Source: Candidatus Eiseniibacteriota bacterium (lineage in GTDB: Bacteria; Eisenbacteria; RBG-16-71-46; DASYSL01). From it: a DNA stretch of 56,575 nt. The stretch lies in NCBI GenBank assembly GCA_046598045.1, contig JBKJJJ010000125.1, forward strand, positions 1 to 56,575. Reading direction: 5' to 3'. The notes beneath the pieces are model-generated. The model was not told the DNA's origin and did no database searches. It saw only the letters and a program-made list of their open reading frames with translations. A program made the translations under genes and the position numbers. Positions 23,150-32,688 of this stretch are shown piece after piece (within the stretch, counting starts at the first letter, position 1; each line of letters starts with the position of its first letter).

Positions 23150-25995
23150 GCGAACGTCCCCGCATCTTCCTGCTCGACGGGCTGGCGATCGCCTATCGCA
23201 GCCACTTCGCGTTCATCAGGCGCCCGCTGACCAACGCGAAGGGCGAGAACAACAGCGCGGTGTTCGCGTTCGCCAACACGGTGATCAAGCTGCGCGACCA
23301 GGAGAGGCCGCGCTACTGGGCGCTGGCGTGGGACTCCGAGTTGCCGACCCGTCGCCATGTCAGTTACCCGGAGTACAAGGCGCACCGCCCGCCGATGCCC
23401 GAGGACCTCGTGCGCCAGTTGCCGCAGATCCAGTCCGTCGCGCGCGCGCTCGGCCTGCCGGTGATCGAGGTTCCCGGCACCGAGGCGGACGACGTCATGG
23501 CCACGCTCGCGAAGCGCGCCGTGGCCGAGGGCATGGACGTCGTCCTGGTGACCAACGACAAGGACCTGCAGCAGCTCGTGAGCCCGCACGTGATCGTGCT
23601 CGCGCCCGGTGGCGGCAGCAAGGACGACCTCTGGCTCGACGAGGCGGGCGTCCAGGCGAAGTGGGGCGTGCCGCCCGGCGGGCTGCGTGACGTGCTGGCG
23701 CTCATGGGCGACGCGAGCGACAACATCCCAGGCGTGCCGGGCGTGGGGGAGAAGACCGCGGTCGACCTGATCGCGCAGTTCGGATCGCTCGACCAGATCT
23801 ACGCGCGCCTCGCCGAGGTCAAGCGCGACACCCTGCGCAAGAAGCTGTTCGACCACCGGGACGCCGCGTACCACTCGCAGGACCTGGTCACGGTGGACGA
23901 CGACCTGCCGATCGCCGAGCCGTGGCACGAGCTCGAGGTGCAGCCGATCGACGGGCCGCGCCTCGCCGCGCTCGCCCAGGAACTCGGGCTCGCGCGCCTC
24001 ACCCGCTACGCCAACGAGGCGACCGCGAAGGCGGGGGGCGCCACGCCCGCGGCGACGGAGCCGGAATCGCCCACCCCGACGATGACGGATGCGGGACAGT
24101 TCGGCTTCGGGTTCGACGCCGGGCCCGTGGCCGCGCCCAAGGCGCCGTCCGCGCCCTTGCGCGCGAGTGCGCCGGGCGAGCTGCCTCCGGCCTATGGTCC
24201 GCCGGTGCGCATCCTCACCGACCCGAAGGAGCTGCGCGCACTGGTCGAGCGGCTCGCTGCCCTGCCGTCGGGCTTCGTGCTCGACACCGAGACCACGTCG
24301 GAGGACCCGCTCAAGGCGCGGCTGGTGGGCGTCGGGCTGTCGTGGGGCGAGGCGCCGGTGTACCTCCCGATCGCGCACGCCGACGGCCCGAATCTTCCCG
24401 CGGACGCGTTCGAGACCGCGTTCGCGCCGCTTTTGGCCGATGCGCGCGTGCCGAAGATCGGCCAGCACTTCAAGTACGACCAGATCGTGCTGCGCGGGGC
24501 CGGGCTCGCCGTCTCCGGCCTGGCGTGCGACACCATGGTCGCGTCCTACCTGCTCGACCCGGAGACACCGCACAACCTCGACTTCCTCGCGCGTGTCCAC
24601 CTCGGCGTCGAAAAGATCCCGACCTCGGCGCTCATCGGCAAGCGTGGCAAGGAGCAGACCACGATGGATCTCCTCCCGGCCGCGATGGTCGCGGGGTATT
24701 GCGGCGAGGACGCGCACGTGACGTGGCTGCTCGCGGAGAAGTTCGTGCCCGAGCTCGTGGCGCGGGGGCTTGCCCCGCTGTTCCGCGACGTCGAGATCCC
24801 GCTCTCAGACGTGCTCGCCGACATGGAGTGGGAGGGGGTCGCGCTCGACGTCCCGTTCCTCTCCGCGATGTCGACGCGCATCACCGAGGAGATCCAGGGG
24901 CTCGAGAAGAACATCCATAACGTCGCCGGCAGGACGTTCAACATCCAGTCGACGCAGCAACTGGGGGAGATCCTGTTCGGGCAGCTCGGCCTCCCGGGCG
25001 GGCGCAAGACCAAGACCGGCTATTCGACCGACAGCGAGGTGCTCGAAGAGCTCGCCACCCGCCACGACCTGCCCCGGCTCGTGCTCCTGTATCGCCAGCT
25101 CACGAAGCTCAAGTCCACGTACGTCGACGCGCTGCCCGCGCTCGTGCTGCCGCGCGACGGGCGGCTCCACACCTCGTTCGGCCAGACCGTGGCGGCGACG
25201 GGACGGCTGTCGTCGTCGGACCCGAACCTCCAGAACATCCCGTTTCGCACGGCGCTTGGGCGCGAGGTCCGCCGCGCGTTCGTCGCGCGCCCGGGATGGA
25301 AACTGGTCTCGGCCGACTACTCGCAGGTCGAGCTGCGGCTGATGGCACACCTTTCGCGCGACCCCGCGCTGGTCGAGTCGTTCGCGCGCGGCGAGGACGT
25401 GCATGCCAGCACCGCGCAGCGCGTGTTCGGGATCCCGGCCGGGCACAAGGCGACGGCCGAGCAGCGCGCCATGGCGAAGGTCGTGAATTTCGGCGTGATG
25501 TACGGCATGGGCGCGCGCTCGCTCGCGCGCCAGCTCGGAATCCCCGTGCCCGAGGCGACGAGGTTCATCGCGGACTACTACCGGACGCACGCGGGCGTGA
25601 AGAAGTTCCTCGAGCAGATGGTCGAGGACGCGCGCACGAAGGGCTACGCCGAGACCATCCTCGGCCGGCGCCGCGCGCTGCCCGCGCTCGCCCAGTCGGA
25701 TGGCCTCGCGCGCTCCAATGCCGAGCGCGCGGCGATCAACACGCCGATCCAGGGTTCCGCGGCCGACCTGATCAAGGTCGCGATGGTCCGCCTCGCACGC
25801 GACTTCGAGGCGAAGGGCCTCGCGGCAAAGCTCGTGCTGCAGGTGCACGACGAATTGCTGATCGAGTGTCCGGCCCAGGAACTCGAGATCGCACAGGATG
25901 CGGTGGTCGACGCCATGACCCACGCGATGGACCTGTCGGTGCCGCTCGAGGTGAAGGTCGGCGCGGGCGACAACTGGTTCGAGGTTCACGGTTGA
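23146..25995 (+). CDS. polA: DNA polymerase I
   Basis: 5'-exo (EADD, GDASDNIPGV), 3'-exo (DTET, KYD, YCGED), polymerase motifs DYSQVELR, KVVNFGVMYG, QVHDEL. Confidence 0.98.
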   Translation: MSERPRIFLLDGLAIAYRSHFAFIRRPLTNAKGENNSAVFAFANTVIKLRDQERPRYWALAWDSELPTRRHVSYPEYKAHRPPMPEDLVRQLPQIQSVARALGLPVIEVPGTEADDVMATLAKRAVAEGMDVVLVTNDKDLQQLVSPHVIVLAPGGGSKDDLWLDEAGVQAKWGVPPGGLRDVLALMGDASDNIPGVPGVGEKTAVDLIAQFGSLDQIYARLAEVKRDTLRKKLFDHRDAAYHSQDLVTVDDDLPIAEPWHELEVQPIDGPRLAALAQELGLARLTRYANEATAKAGGATPAATEPESPTPTMTDAGQFGFGFDAGPVAAPKAPSAPLRASAPGELPPAYGPPVRILTDPKELRALVERLAALPSGFVLDTETTSEDPLKARLVGVGLSWGEAPVYLPIAHADGPNLPADAFETAFAPLLADARVPKIGQHFKYDQIVLRGAGLAVSGLACDTMVASYLLDPETPHNLDFLARVHLGVEKIPTSALIGKRGKEQTTMDLLPAAMVAGYCGEDAHVTWLLAEKFVPELVARGLAPLFRDVEIPLSDVLADMEWEGVALDVPFLSAMSTRITEEIQGLEKNIHNVAGRTFNIQSTQQLGEILFGQLGLPGGRKTKTGYSTDSEVLEELATRHDLPRLVLLYRQLTKLKSTYVDALPALVLPRDGRLHTSFGQTVAATGRLSSSDPNLQNIPFRTALGREVRRAFVARPGWKLVSADYSQVELRLMAHLSRDPALVESFARGEDVHASTAQRVFGIPAGHKATAEQRAMAKVVNFGVMYGMGARSLARQLGIPVPEATRFIADYYRTHAGVKKFLEQMVEDARTKGYAETILGRRRALPALAQSDGLARSNAERAAINTPIQGSAADLIKVAMVRLARDFEAKGLAAKLVLQVHDELLIECPAQELEIAQDAVVDAMTHAMDLSVPLEVKVGAGDNWFEVHG

Positions 25996-26660
25996 ACGCG
26001 CGCCGGGACCACCCCGCGGACGGCCTCTACATCGTGGGCGTGACCGGGGGCATCGCGAGCGGCAAGAGCACGCTCGTGCCGCTGCTCCTGGCCGCGTTCC
26101 CCTCGGTGCTGGTCGACGCCGACCGCCTCGGACATGCCGTGCTCGAGCAGCCCGAGGTCGCGCGCGCGCTCGCGGCGGAGTTCGGTGCGGATGCACTCGA
26201 CGACCGGGGAAGGGTGATCCGCGGCGTGGTCGGCGCGCGCGCGTTCGCCGGGCCCGCGCGGCTCGAGGCGCTGGACGCGATTACGCGGCCGCCGCTGCTT
26301 GCGCTCGTCGAGTCCACGATAGAGGCGCACGCCGCGCGGGGATTCGTCGGGCTGCTGGTCCTCGATGCCGCGCTGCTCGTGGAGTGGGACAAGGGCGCCT
26401 GGTGCGACCGCGTGGTCTGTGTCGTGGCCGATCCGGCCGTGCGCGCGCGGCGGCTGGGCGCGCGCACGGGTCTGGACCCGGCCGCCGCCGCCCAGCGCAT
26501 CGCTGCGCAACTGCCCGACGCCGCCCGCGCCGCCCGTGCCGATGAAACGATCACGAACGAAGGGTCGCTGGACGATTTTCGCGCCCGGGGGGCCGCACTG
26601 GCGGCGCGCGTCGCCGCCCTCGCGCGCGCCACCCTTGCCGCCCGCGGCCACGTCCTGTAA
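25992..26660 (+). CDS. coaE: Dephospho-CoA kinase
   Basis: GVTGGIASGKST, DAD, RIAAQ; TTGA overlap with polA. Confidence 0.93.
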   Translation: MNARRDHPADGLYIVGVTGGIASGKSTLVPLLLAAFPSVLVDADRLGHAVLEQPEVARALAAEFGADALDDRGRVIRGVVGARAFAGPARLEALDAITRPPLLALVESTIEAHAARGFVGLLVLDAALLVEWDKGAWCDRVVCVVADPAVRARRLGARTGLDPAAAAQRIAAQLPDAARAARADETITNEGSLDDFRARGAALAARVAALARATLAARGHVL

Positions 26661-26708
26661 CCTTCGCCTTCTCGCCTTCCGCGCACGACCCGAACCCCCG
26701 AGAGCTGC

Positions 26709-27819
26709 ATGACCCAGGCCGTCAACCTGCAGGACCTCGAACGCCGTCTGGAGAAGGTCGGAACCACGCTCGACCAGCTCCGAGGCTATCTTTGACGTCG
26801 ATCACCGGAAAGCCGAAGCCAAAGAGCTCGAGGCGAAGATGGGGGAGCCCGGATTCTGGGACCGCCCCGAAGACGCGCAGAAGGTCATCGCGCAACTGAA
26901 GAGCGTGCGGCGCGTGGTCACCGGCTACGAGGTCCCGGCGAAGAGCTGCGGCGACCTGCGGGACCTCTTCGACCTCGCGCGCGCGGAGGCCGACGCGGCC
27001 ACGCTCGACGCCGTGGCGCACGAGCTCGACCTGCTCGAGCCGAAGGTGCACGACCTCGAGCTCGAGAGCCTGCTCAACGGAGACAACGATCACCTCGGCG
27101 CGGTGGTCACGATCCACCCGGGCGCAGGCGGCACCGAATCCCAGGACTGGGCGGAGATGCTGCTCCGCATGTACACGCGGTTCTGCGAGCGCAAGGGCTG
27201 GTCCTACACCGTGCTCGACCTGCAGGCCGGGGAGGAGGCGGGCATCAAGGACGCCACGATCGAGGTCAACGTCGAGTATGGCTACGGCTTCCTCAAGGCC
27301 GAGTCCGGCGTCCACCGGCTCGTGCGCATCTCGCCGTTCGACGCCGCCAAGCGCCGCCACACCTCGTTCACCTCGGTGTTCGTGTTCCCGCAGATCGACG
27401 ACACGATCACGGTCGACCTCAAGGACGACGACCTGCGCGTCGACACGTTCCGCGCCTCGGGCGCGGGCGGACAGCACGTCAACAAGACCGAGTCCGCGGT
27501 ACGCATCACGCACCTGCCGACCGGCATCGTCGTCCAGTCGCAGGCGGAACGCAGCCAGCACAAGAACCGCGATTTCGCGATGAAGATGCTCAAGTCGCGG
27601 GTCTACGTGCATCTCCAGGCGCTCGAGAAGGCGCGCCTCGCGGGCCTCACCGAGCCCAAGAAGGACATCGATTTCGGCAGCCAGATCCGTTCCTACGTGC
27701 TGCAGCCCTACACCATGGTCAAGGACACCCGCACCGGCGCCGAGTCGTCGGACGTGGATCGCGTGCTCGACGGCGACCTCGACCTCTTCATCGACGCCTT
27801 CCTGCGTCACAAGGAGTAA
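26709..27819 (+). CDS. prfB: Peptide chain release factor 2 (programmed +1 frameshift after codon 28)
   Basis: ATG 26709 to CTT TGA C at 26790-26796; +1 frame contains SPF and GGQ. Confidence 0.97.
26782..26796 (+). promoter_or_regulatory. RF2 +1 ribosomal frameshift site
   Basis: GAGGC TAT CTT TGA C: SD-like element plus canonical CTT-TGA-C slippery stop. Confidence 0.93.
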
Positions 27820-27826
27820 GCCTCCC

Positions 27827-29194
27827 ATGAACACCGCCATCTTCCGCGAGTACGACGTGCGCGGCCTGCACGAGACCGACCTCACCTCGCCCGTGATCAC
27901 CGACCTCGGCCGCGCGTTCGGCACGATGGTGCGCCGGCAGGGCCTCAAGACGGTCGCGCTCGGTCGCGATTTTCGTCCCAGCTCGCCGCGGCTCGCGGGG
28001 GCGCTCGAGGCCGGCATCCTCGAGACCGGCTGCGACATCCTGCGCGTCGGCGTGCTGCCGACGCCGGGCCTGTACTGGTCGATCGTCCACCTCAAGACCG
28101 ACGCCGGCGTGCAGGTCACGGGCTCGCACAATCCGAGCGAGTACAACGGCTTCAAGATGAACCTCGGCCTGGCCTCGATCCACGGCGAGCAGATCCAGGT
28201 GCTGCGCCGCATGATCGAGCAGCGCGACTTCGACCTCGTGGAACGCACGGGCGAGCGCGGCGAGGCGCGCGACCTCCCGACCGAGCACGCCTACATGGAC
28301 ATGCTGGTCTCGAAGATCCAGCTCAAGCGCAAGCTCAAGGTCGTGCTCGATGCGGGCAACGGCTGCGCGGGCCCGGTGGCGCCCGACGTGTTCCGCCGCG
28401 TGGGCTGCGACGTGGTCGAGCTGTTCACCGAGCCCGACGGTTCGTACCCGAACCACCAGCCCGACCCGACGGTCGAGGCCAACATGCAGGACCTGATCAG
28501 GAAGGTGAGGGAGACGGGCGCGGACTTCGGCATCGGCTACGACGGCGACGCCGACCGCGTGGGCGCCGTCGACGAGCAGGGCCGCATCGTATGGGGCGAC
28601 CAGATCCTCGCGCTGCTTTCGCGCGAGGTGCTCGCGAAGTATCCCGGCGCGCCGATCGTGTTCGACGTCAAGTGCTCGCAGGGCCTCGAGGAGGACATCG
28701 TGGCCCACGGCGGCAAGCCGATCATGGCGCGCACCGGGCATTCGGTGATGAAGGCGCGCATGAAGGAGGAGAAGGCGCCGCTCGCCGGGGAACTCTCGGG
28801 CCACATCTTCTACCAGGACGAGTTCTTCGGCTTCGACGACGCGATCTACGTCTCGCTGCGCCTGCTGCGCATCGTCGCGGACTCGGGCAAGTCGCTCGGC
28901 GCGCTGCTCGACACCGTGCCCCAGTACGTCGCCACCGCCGAGATCCGCCTCGACACCACCGACGAGGACAAGTTCGCGATCGTCGAGCGCGTGAAGGAGC
29001 ACTTCGCGAAGGACCACGCCGTGATCGCGATCGACGGCGCGCGCATCCAGTTCGGCGACGGTTGGGGCCTCGTGCGCGCCTCGAACACCCAGCCCGTGCT
29101 GGTGGTGCGCTTCGAGGCGAAGACCAAGGAGCGCCTCGCCGCGATCCAGGGCGAGGTCATGTCGATCCTCGAGGCCGAGGGCGTGCGCGCATGA
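27827..29194 (+). CDS. Phosphomannomutase/phosphoglucomutase
   Basis: FREYDVRG, TGSHNP, DGDADR, GELSGH, RASNTQP. Confidence 0.95.
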   Translation: MNTAIFREYDVRGLHETDLTSPVITDLGRAFGTMVRRQGLKTVALGRDFRPSSPRLAGALEAGILETGCDILRVGVLPTPGLYWSIVHLKTDAGVQVTGSHNPSEYNGFKMNLGLASIHGEQIQVLRRMIEQRDFDLVERTGERGEARDLPTEHAYMDMLVSKIQLKRKLKVVLDAGNGCAGPVAPDVFRRVGCDVVELFTEPDGSYPNHQPDPTVEANMQDLIRKVRETGADFGIGYDGDADRVGAVDEQGRIVWGDQILALLSREVLAKYPGAPIVFDVKCSQGLEEDIVAHGGKPIMARTGHSVMKARMKEEKAPLAGELSGHIFYQDEFFGFDDAIYVSLRLLRIVADSGKSLGALLDTVPQYVATAEIRLDTTDEDKFAIVERVKEHFAKDHAVIAIDGARIQFGDGWGLVRASNTQPVLVVRFEAKTKERLAAIQGEVMSILEAEGVRA

Positions 29195-30009
29195 AGCCGG
29201 TGCAGGACGTCGCGCTCTACGACGGCCTGTTCGAGCGCTGGATGGGCAAGCTCGAGGCGGACCTGCCGATGATCCTCGAGATCGCGCGCTTGACGGGCGG
29301 GCCGATCCTCGAACTCGGCGTCGGGGCGGGGCGGGTCGCGCTGCGGCTCGCGCGCGAGGGCCACGTCGTCACCGGCGTGGACGACGCGCCGGCGCTGCTC
29401 GCTGCCGCGCGCGCGCGGCTCCTGGAGGAGCGCGCCCCGGTCCGGAAGCGCGTGACCTTGCTGCGCGGGGACCTGCGCCGGCTGCGCCTGCCCGCGCGGC
29501 CAAGCTTCCGACTCGCGCTCCTGCCATTCAACACGCTCATGCACTTCGAGTCGCCCGCCGACCAGGACAAAGTGATCGCCGGCGCCGCGCGCGCGCTCGG
29601 TGCCGGCGGGCACCTGTGGATCTCGCTCTTCCACGCCGACCCGACGCGGCCCGCGGGCGTGCTGCGCGCCGAACCGTCGCCGCTCGCGGGCGAGGCGCCC
29701 GGGCTGCCGGGCTCGCGCACCGAGGCCTTCTTCCAGCAGCAGTTCGACCGCGCGGCGCAGGTCACGACCGCCCGCTACTGGCTCGACACGGTCACGATGG
29801 ACGGGCTCGTCAGGCGCGAGAGCCTCGAGTTGCGGCTGCGCTGGTTTCACCGCTTCGAGCTCGAGCGGCTGCTCGCCGCGCATGGGTTCCATCCGGTCGC
29901 GACGTTCGGCGATTTCGACGGCTCGGAATTCGTGGACGGCTGTCCGCAGCTGATCGTGCTCGCGCGCAAGGGCGCCGTGCCCGGCCGCGCGCCGCGCCGC
30001 GGGCGGTAG
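29191..30009 (+). CDS. Class I SAM-dependent methyltransferase
   Basis: ILELGVGAGR motif I, VTGVD, GDLR, PFNTLMH. Confidence 0.88.
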   Translation: MKPVQDVALYDGLFERWMGKLEADLPMILEIARLTGGPILELGVGAGRVALRLAREGHVVTGVDDAPALLAAARARLLEERAPVRKRVTLLRGDLRRLRLPARPSFRLALLPFNTLMHFESPADQDKVIAGAARALGAGGHLWISLFHADPTRPAGVLRAEPSPLAGEAPGLPGSRTEAFFQQQFDRAAQVTTARYWLDTVTMDGLVRRESLELRLRWFHRFELERLLAAHGFHPVATFGDFDGSEFVDGCPQLIVLARKGAVPGRAPRRGR

Positions 30010-30018
30010 GCCGTCGGC

Positions 30019-30630
30019 GTGGCGATCCTCCCGCGCCGGTTCTACGCCCGGCCGGCGCCCGCCGTGGCGCGGGACCTGCTCGGATGCACGCTGTCGTGGC
30101 GCGGACCCGCGGGCGCCATGGCGGGCCGGATCGTCGAGGTCGAGGCCTACCTCGGCGCGGACGACCCGGCGAGCCATGCCTACAAAGGGCCCACCGCGCG
30201 GAACCGCTCGATGTTCGGGCCGCCCGGACACGCCTACGTGTACTTCACCTACGGCATGCATCACTGCCTGAACGTCGTCACCGGGGCGGCGGGCCTGCCG
30301 CACGCCGTCCTCCTGCGCGCGCTCGTGCCCACGCGCGGCCTGGCGCGCTGGCGGGCGGCACGGCCGGATCTCGCGCTCGGGCGCATCGCCTCCGGGCCGG
30401 GGCGGCTGTGCCGCGCCCTCGGGCTCGATCGCTCGCACGACGGGCTGGATCTCACGCGCTCCGGGCTCACGCTGCATGCCCGTCCCGCGGGGTACCTCCC
30501 CGGCGAGATCAAGGCCGGCCCGCGCATCGGGATTCGGCTCGCGCGCGCCGCCCCGTACCGGTTCTGGCTGGCGGGGGACCCCGCGGTGTCCGGCCGGGGC
30601 CGCCTTTTGCGGGGCCGTTTGCGGGGTTGA
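30019..30630 (+). CDS. mpg: DNA-3-methyladenine glycosylase (MPG/AAG family)
   Basis: GRIVEVEAY, YVYFTYGMHHCLNVV, SGPGRL, PRIGI. Confidence 0.95.
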   Translation: MAILPRRFYARPAPAVARDLLGCTLSWRGPAGAMAGRIVEVEAYLGADDPASHAYKGPTARNRSMFGPPGHAYVYFTYGMHHCLNVVTGAAGLPHAVLLRALVPTRGLARWRAARPDLALGRIASGPGRLCRALGLDRSHDGLDLTRSGLTLHARPAGYLPGEIKAGPRIGIRLARAAPYRFWLAGDPAVSGRGRLLRGRLRG

Positions 30631-30656
30631 CACGGCAGGGGGGACGCCCCTAGCAT
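30627..30656 (+). promoter_or_regulatory. Putative sigma-70 promoter for the envelope module
   Basis: TTGACA-N18-TAGCAT. Confidence 0.6.
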
Positions 30657-30689
30657 CCGCGACGGTGCGCCCAGCGCGCGCCGACCGCG

Positions 30690-30725
30690 GCGTCTCCGGG
30701 CATCCCCCGGCGCGACGCGTTTTTT
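30690..30725 (+). terminator. Intrinsic terminator-like hairpin in the leader of the OM barrel gene
   Basis: GCGTC/GACGC and CCGGG/CCCGG stems followed by GTTTTTT. Confidence 0.55.
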
Positions 30726-30760
30726 GTTGGTCGATCCCCACGCGGAAAGAGGAGTTTCGA

Positions 30761-32347
30761 ATGCACCGAGGCACCGTCGCCCGATCGCTCGCCCTCGCCC
30801 TGGCCGTGACTGCGAGCGCGGCGCTCGTCGTCCCCGCCCACGCGCAATACCTCGCGCCGGCGACCGATCGTCCGGGCCCCGACCGACGGTCCACCCAGCC
30901 CAGCCTTCGCCTGGCCGAGCTCGGTGGGCTCTCGCTCGCGCTCGCGGACGAGAACAACGAGATCAACCTGTGGGACTTCGCCCGCTCCTCGCTCGGCCTG
31001 CTCGAGGACCGCGACTCGACCTCGATGGACGTGTATTTCGACAGTGGTTCGATCACCGACCAGCACACGGTCGGGGCGCTCGACCGCGAGCTTGCGCGCC
31101 GGCACCGCTCGGTGATCGGCTTCCAGGCGGTCGGCCGCAAGCCGGGCAGCTTCGCTGCGGGCGTCGACGCGGGCTACCTCACGACCAACACGCGCGTGCC
31201 GGCGCAGGACGGGATCTACAACGAGCGCAGCATCACGACGCCGATCGCCGTCCCGACGCTCAACGGGCGGTTCGGGGGCGGCAGCTGGGGTTGGGGCGCG
31301 CACCTGACGCTCGGGGCCGAGGCGACGAGCGACGATTTCCGCTACGAGACACTCAAGAACGGCACCGTGCAACTCACCGCCGGTAACCTCGTGACGGCGC
31401 CGAACCCGTTCATCCCTGATCACGGCAAGACGCGCGTCGGTGGTTTCGGCATCGGGCTCGGATGGTCCGGGATCAAGGGTCTCCAGACCGCGTTCAACTG
31501 GGACCGCATCACCGATCGCGTGCGCACCTCGAATACCAACAAGCATCGAGTTTTCGAAACCGAGGAGCCTCGCCCCTCGAACGAATTTTCGTTCGCGGCG
31601 ATCGCGCACCCGGGCTGGGTGACGCTGGGCGGCCAGGTCGGTCGCAGCAAGTTCGACTCGAAGGAGGAGTACCGCTTCAGCCTCTCGGGCGGCCTCAACG
31701 GTCCGCCGACCGTGGCGCGCGGCGACGTCCTGAACCGCGCCTACCGCCAGAAGTGGCTGCGCACCCGGGTCGCGCTCGAGCCACCGGCGATCCGCGGGCT
31801 GACGGTGGCCGGCGACTTCGCCGTGCGCTACGACAAGGACGAGGCCACGCCGGCGACCGCGCGCGGCAACTACAACGATTTCCAGCAGTCGATCGCGGGC
31901 GATACGCTCGGCCTCGGCCTGCCGGTCGTCCAGTCGAAGGAGGAACTGCGGCACTGGAGCGGTGGCGTGGGCGTGGGCTACCGGATCACCTCGCGCGTGC
32001 TGCTCGGCGTCGAGCTGCACCGCTACCAGAACGCGCGCGATGCCAGCGTACTGCACGTGCGGCAGCGCATCAAAGAGCTGCGCGGCGGTCTCGAGTTCGC
32101 GGTCACCCCCGCATGGACGGGGCGGCTCGGCGGATACCACGTGTCCGACGACGCGGACGTCTACACCGCGCAGAACGAGCGCGTGACCAATGCCCTGACG
32201 GCGGGATTCGGCTGGGCCCGTCCCAGCGCGCGCTACGCCCTGGACGGCGGCATCGAAGTGGGGCGGCGGTCGAGTAACTTTCCGGACCCAACGGACGAGA
32301 ACGGCTCGACGATCCGCTTCACGCTCTACAACCGCTGGGCGTTCTAA
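30761..32347 (+). CDS. Uncharacterised outer membrane beta-barrel protein (FadL/PorV-like N-terminus)
   Basis: Signal peptide (AHA|Q), SLRLAELGG...SSLGL hatch-like motif, alternating amphipathic strands, C-terminal YNRWAF; SD GAGGAG. Confidence 0.72.
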   Translation: MHRGTVARSLALALAVTASAALVVPAHAQYLAPATDRPGPDRRSTQPSLRLAELGGLSLALADENNEINLWDFARSSLGLLEDRDSTSMDVYFDSGSITDQHTVGALDRELARRHRSVIGFQAVGRKPGSFAAGVDAGYLTTNTRVPAQDGIYNERSITTPIAVPTLNGRFGGGSWGWGAHLTLGAEATSDDFRYETLKNGTVQLTAGNLVTAPNPFIPDHGKTRVGGFGIGLGWSGIKGLQTAFNWDRITDRVRTSNTNKHRVFETEEPRPSNEFSFAAIAHPGWVTLGGQVGRSKFDSKEEYRFSLSGGLNGPPTVARGDVLNRAYRQKWLRTRVALEPPAIRGLTVAGDFAVRYDKDEATPATARGNYNDFQQSIAGDTLGLGLPVVQSKEELRHWSGGVGVGYRITSRVLLGVELHRYQNARDASVLHVRQRIKELRGGLEFAVTPAWTGRLGGYHVSDDADVYTAQNERVTNALTAGFGWARPSARYALDGGIEVGRRSSNFPDPTDENGSTIRFTLYNRWAF

Positions 32348-32400
32348 CCGGGTTGGGGCGGGAACGAGGGCCGGATCGGGCCTTTCCCCGAAATTCGCGG

Positions 32401-32429
32401 TTGACATCCCTCCGGGCATCCTGCAATCT
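32401..32429 (+). promoter_or_regulatory. Putative sigma-70 promoter
   Basis: TTGACA-N17-CAATCT. Confidence 0.45.
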
Positions 32430-32480
32430 TCTGGTCGACCGGGCGCCGGCCTCGCAGGCCGCCGCTCCTATGTGAATTGG

Positions 32481-32507
32481 GGGACGCGTTGCGAGGCAAC
32501 GCGTCCC
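32481..32507 (+). terminator. Perfect 12-bp inverted repeat (terminator or structured RNA)
   Basis: GGGACGCGTTGC-GAG-GCAACGCGTCCC followed by TTCGCTTT. Confidence 0.65.
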
Positions 32508-32589
32508 TTCGCTTTCCGGCCCACCCCCGGCCGTAAAGCTCCGAGCCGACGGGCCTAGAAAGAGGTCCAAAGGCAAGAGGATAAACGGG

Positions 32590-32619
32590 TTGACGGTTTC
32601 CGCACCCATTGATTATAGT
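32590..32619 (+). promoter_or_regulatory. Putative sigma-70 promoter for the TonB-dependent receptor operon
   Basis: TTGACG-N18-TATAGT in an AT-richer patch. Confidence 0.65.
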
Positions 32620-32688
32620 GCCAGCGCCAACCCCTATGGCGTCCCAAGGGCACGTCGATCGGTCTTCCCTCGGAGAGGTGTGCGACCT

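Noticed and set aside
25343..25358. Sigma-54-like TGGCACACCTTTCGCG inside polA
   Set aside because: Intragenic, imperfect -12 element and explained by coding sequence.
26793..26795. Premature stop or pseudogene in prfB
   Set aside because: It is the canonical programmed frameshift site.
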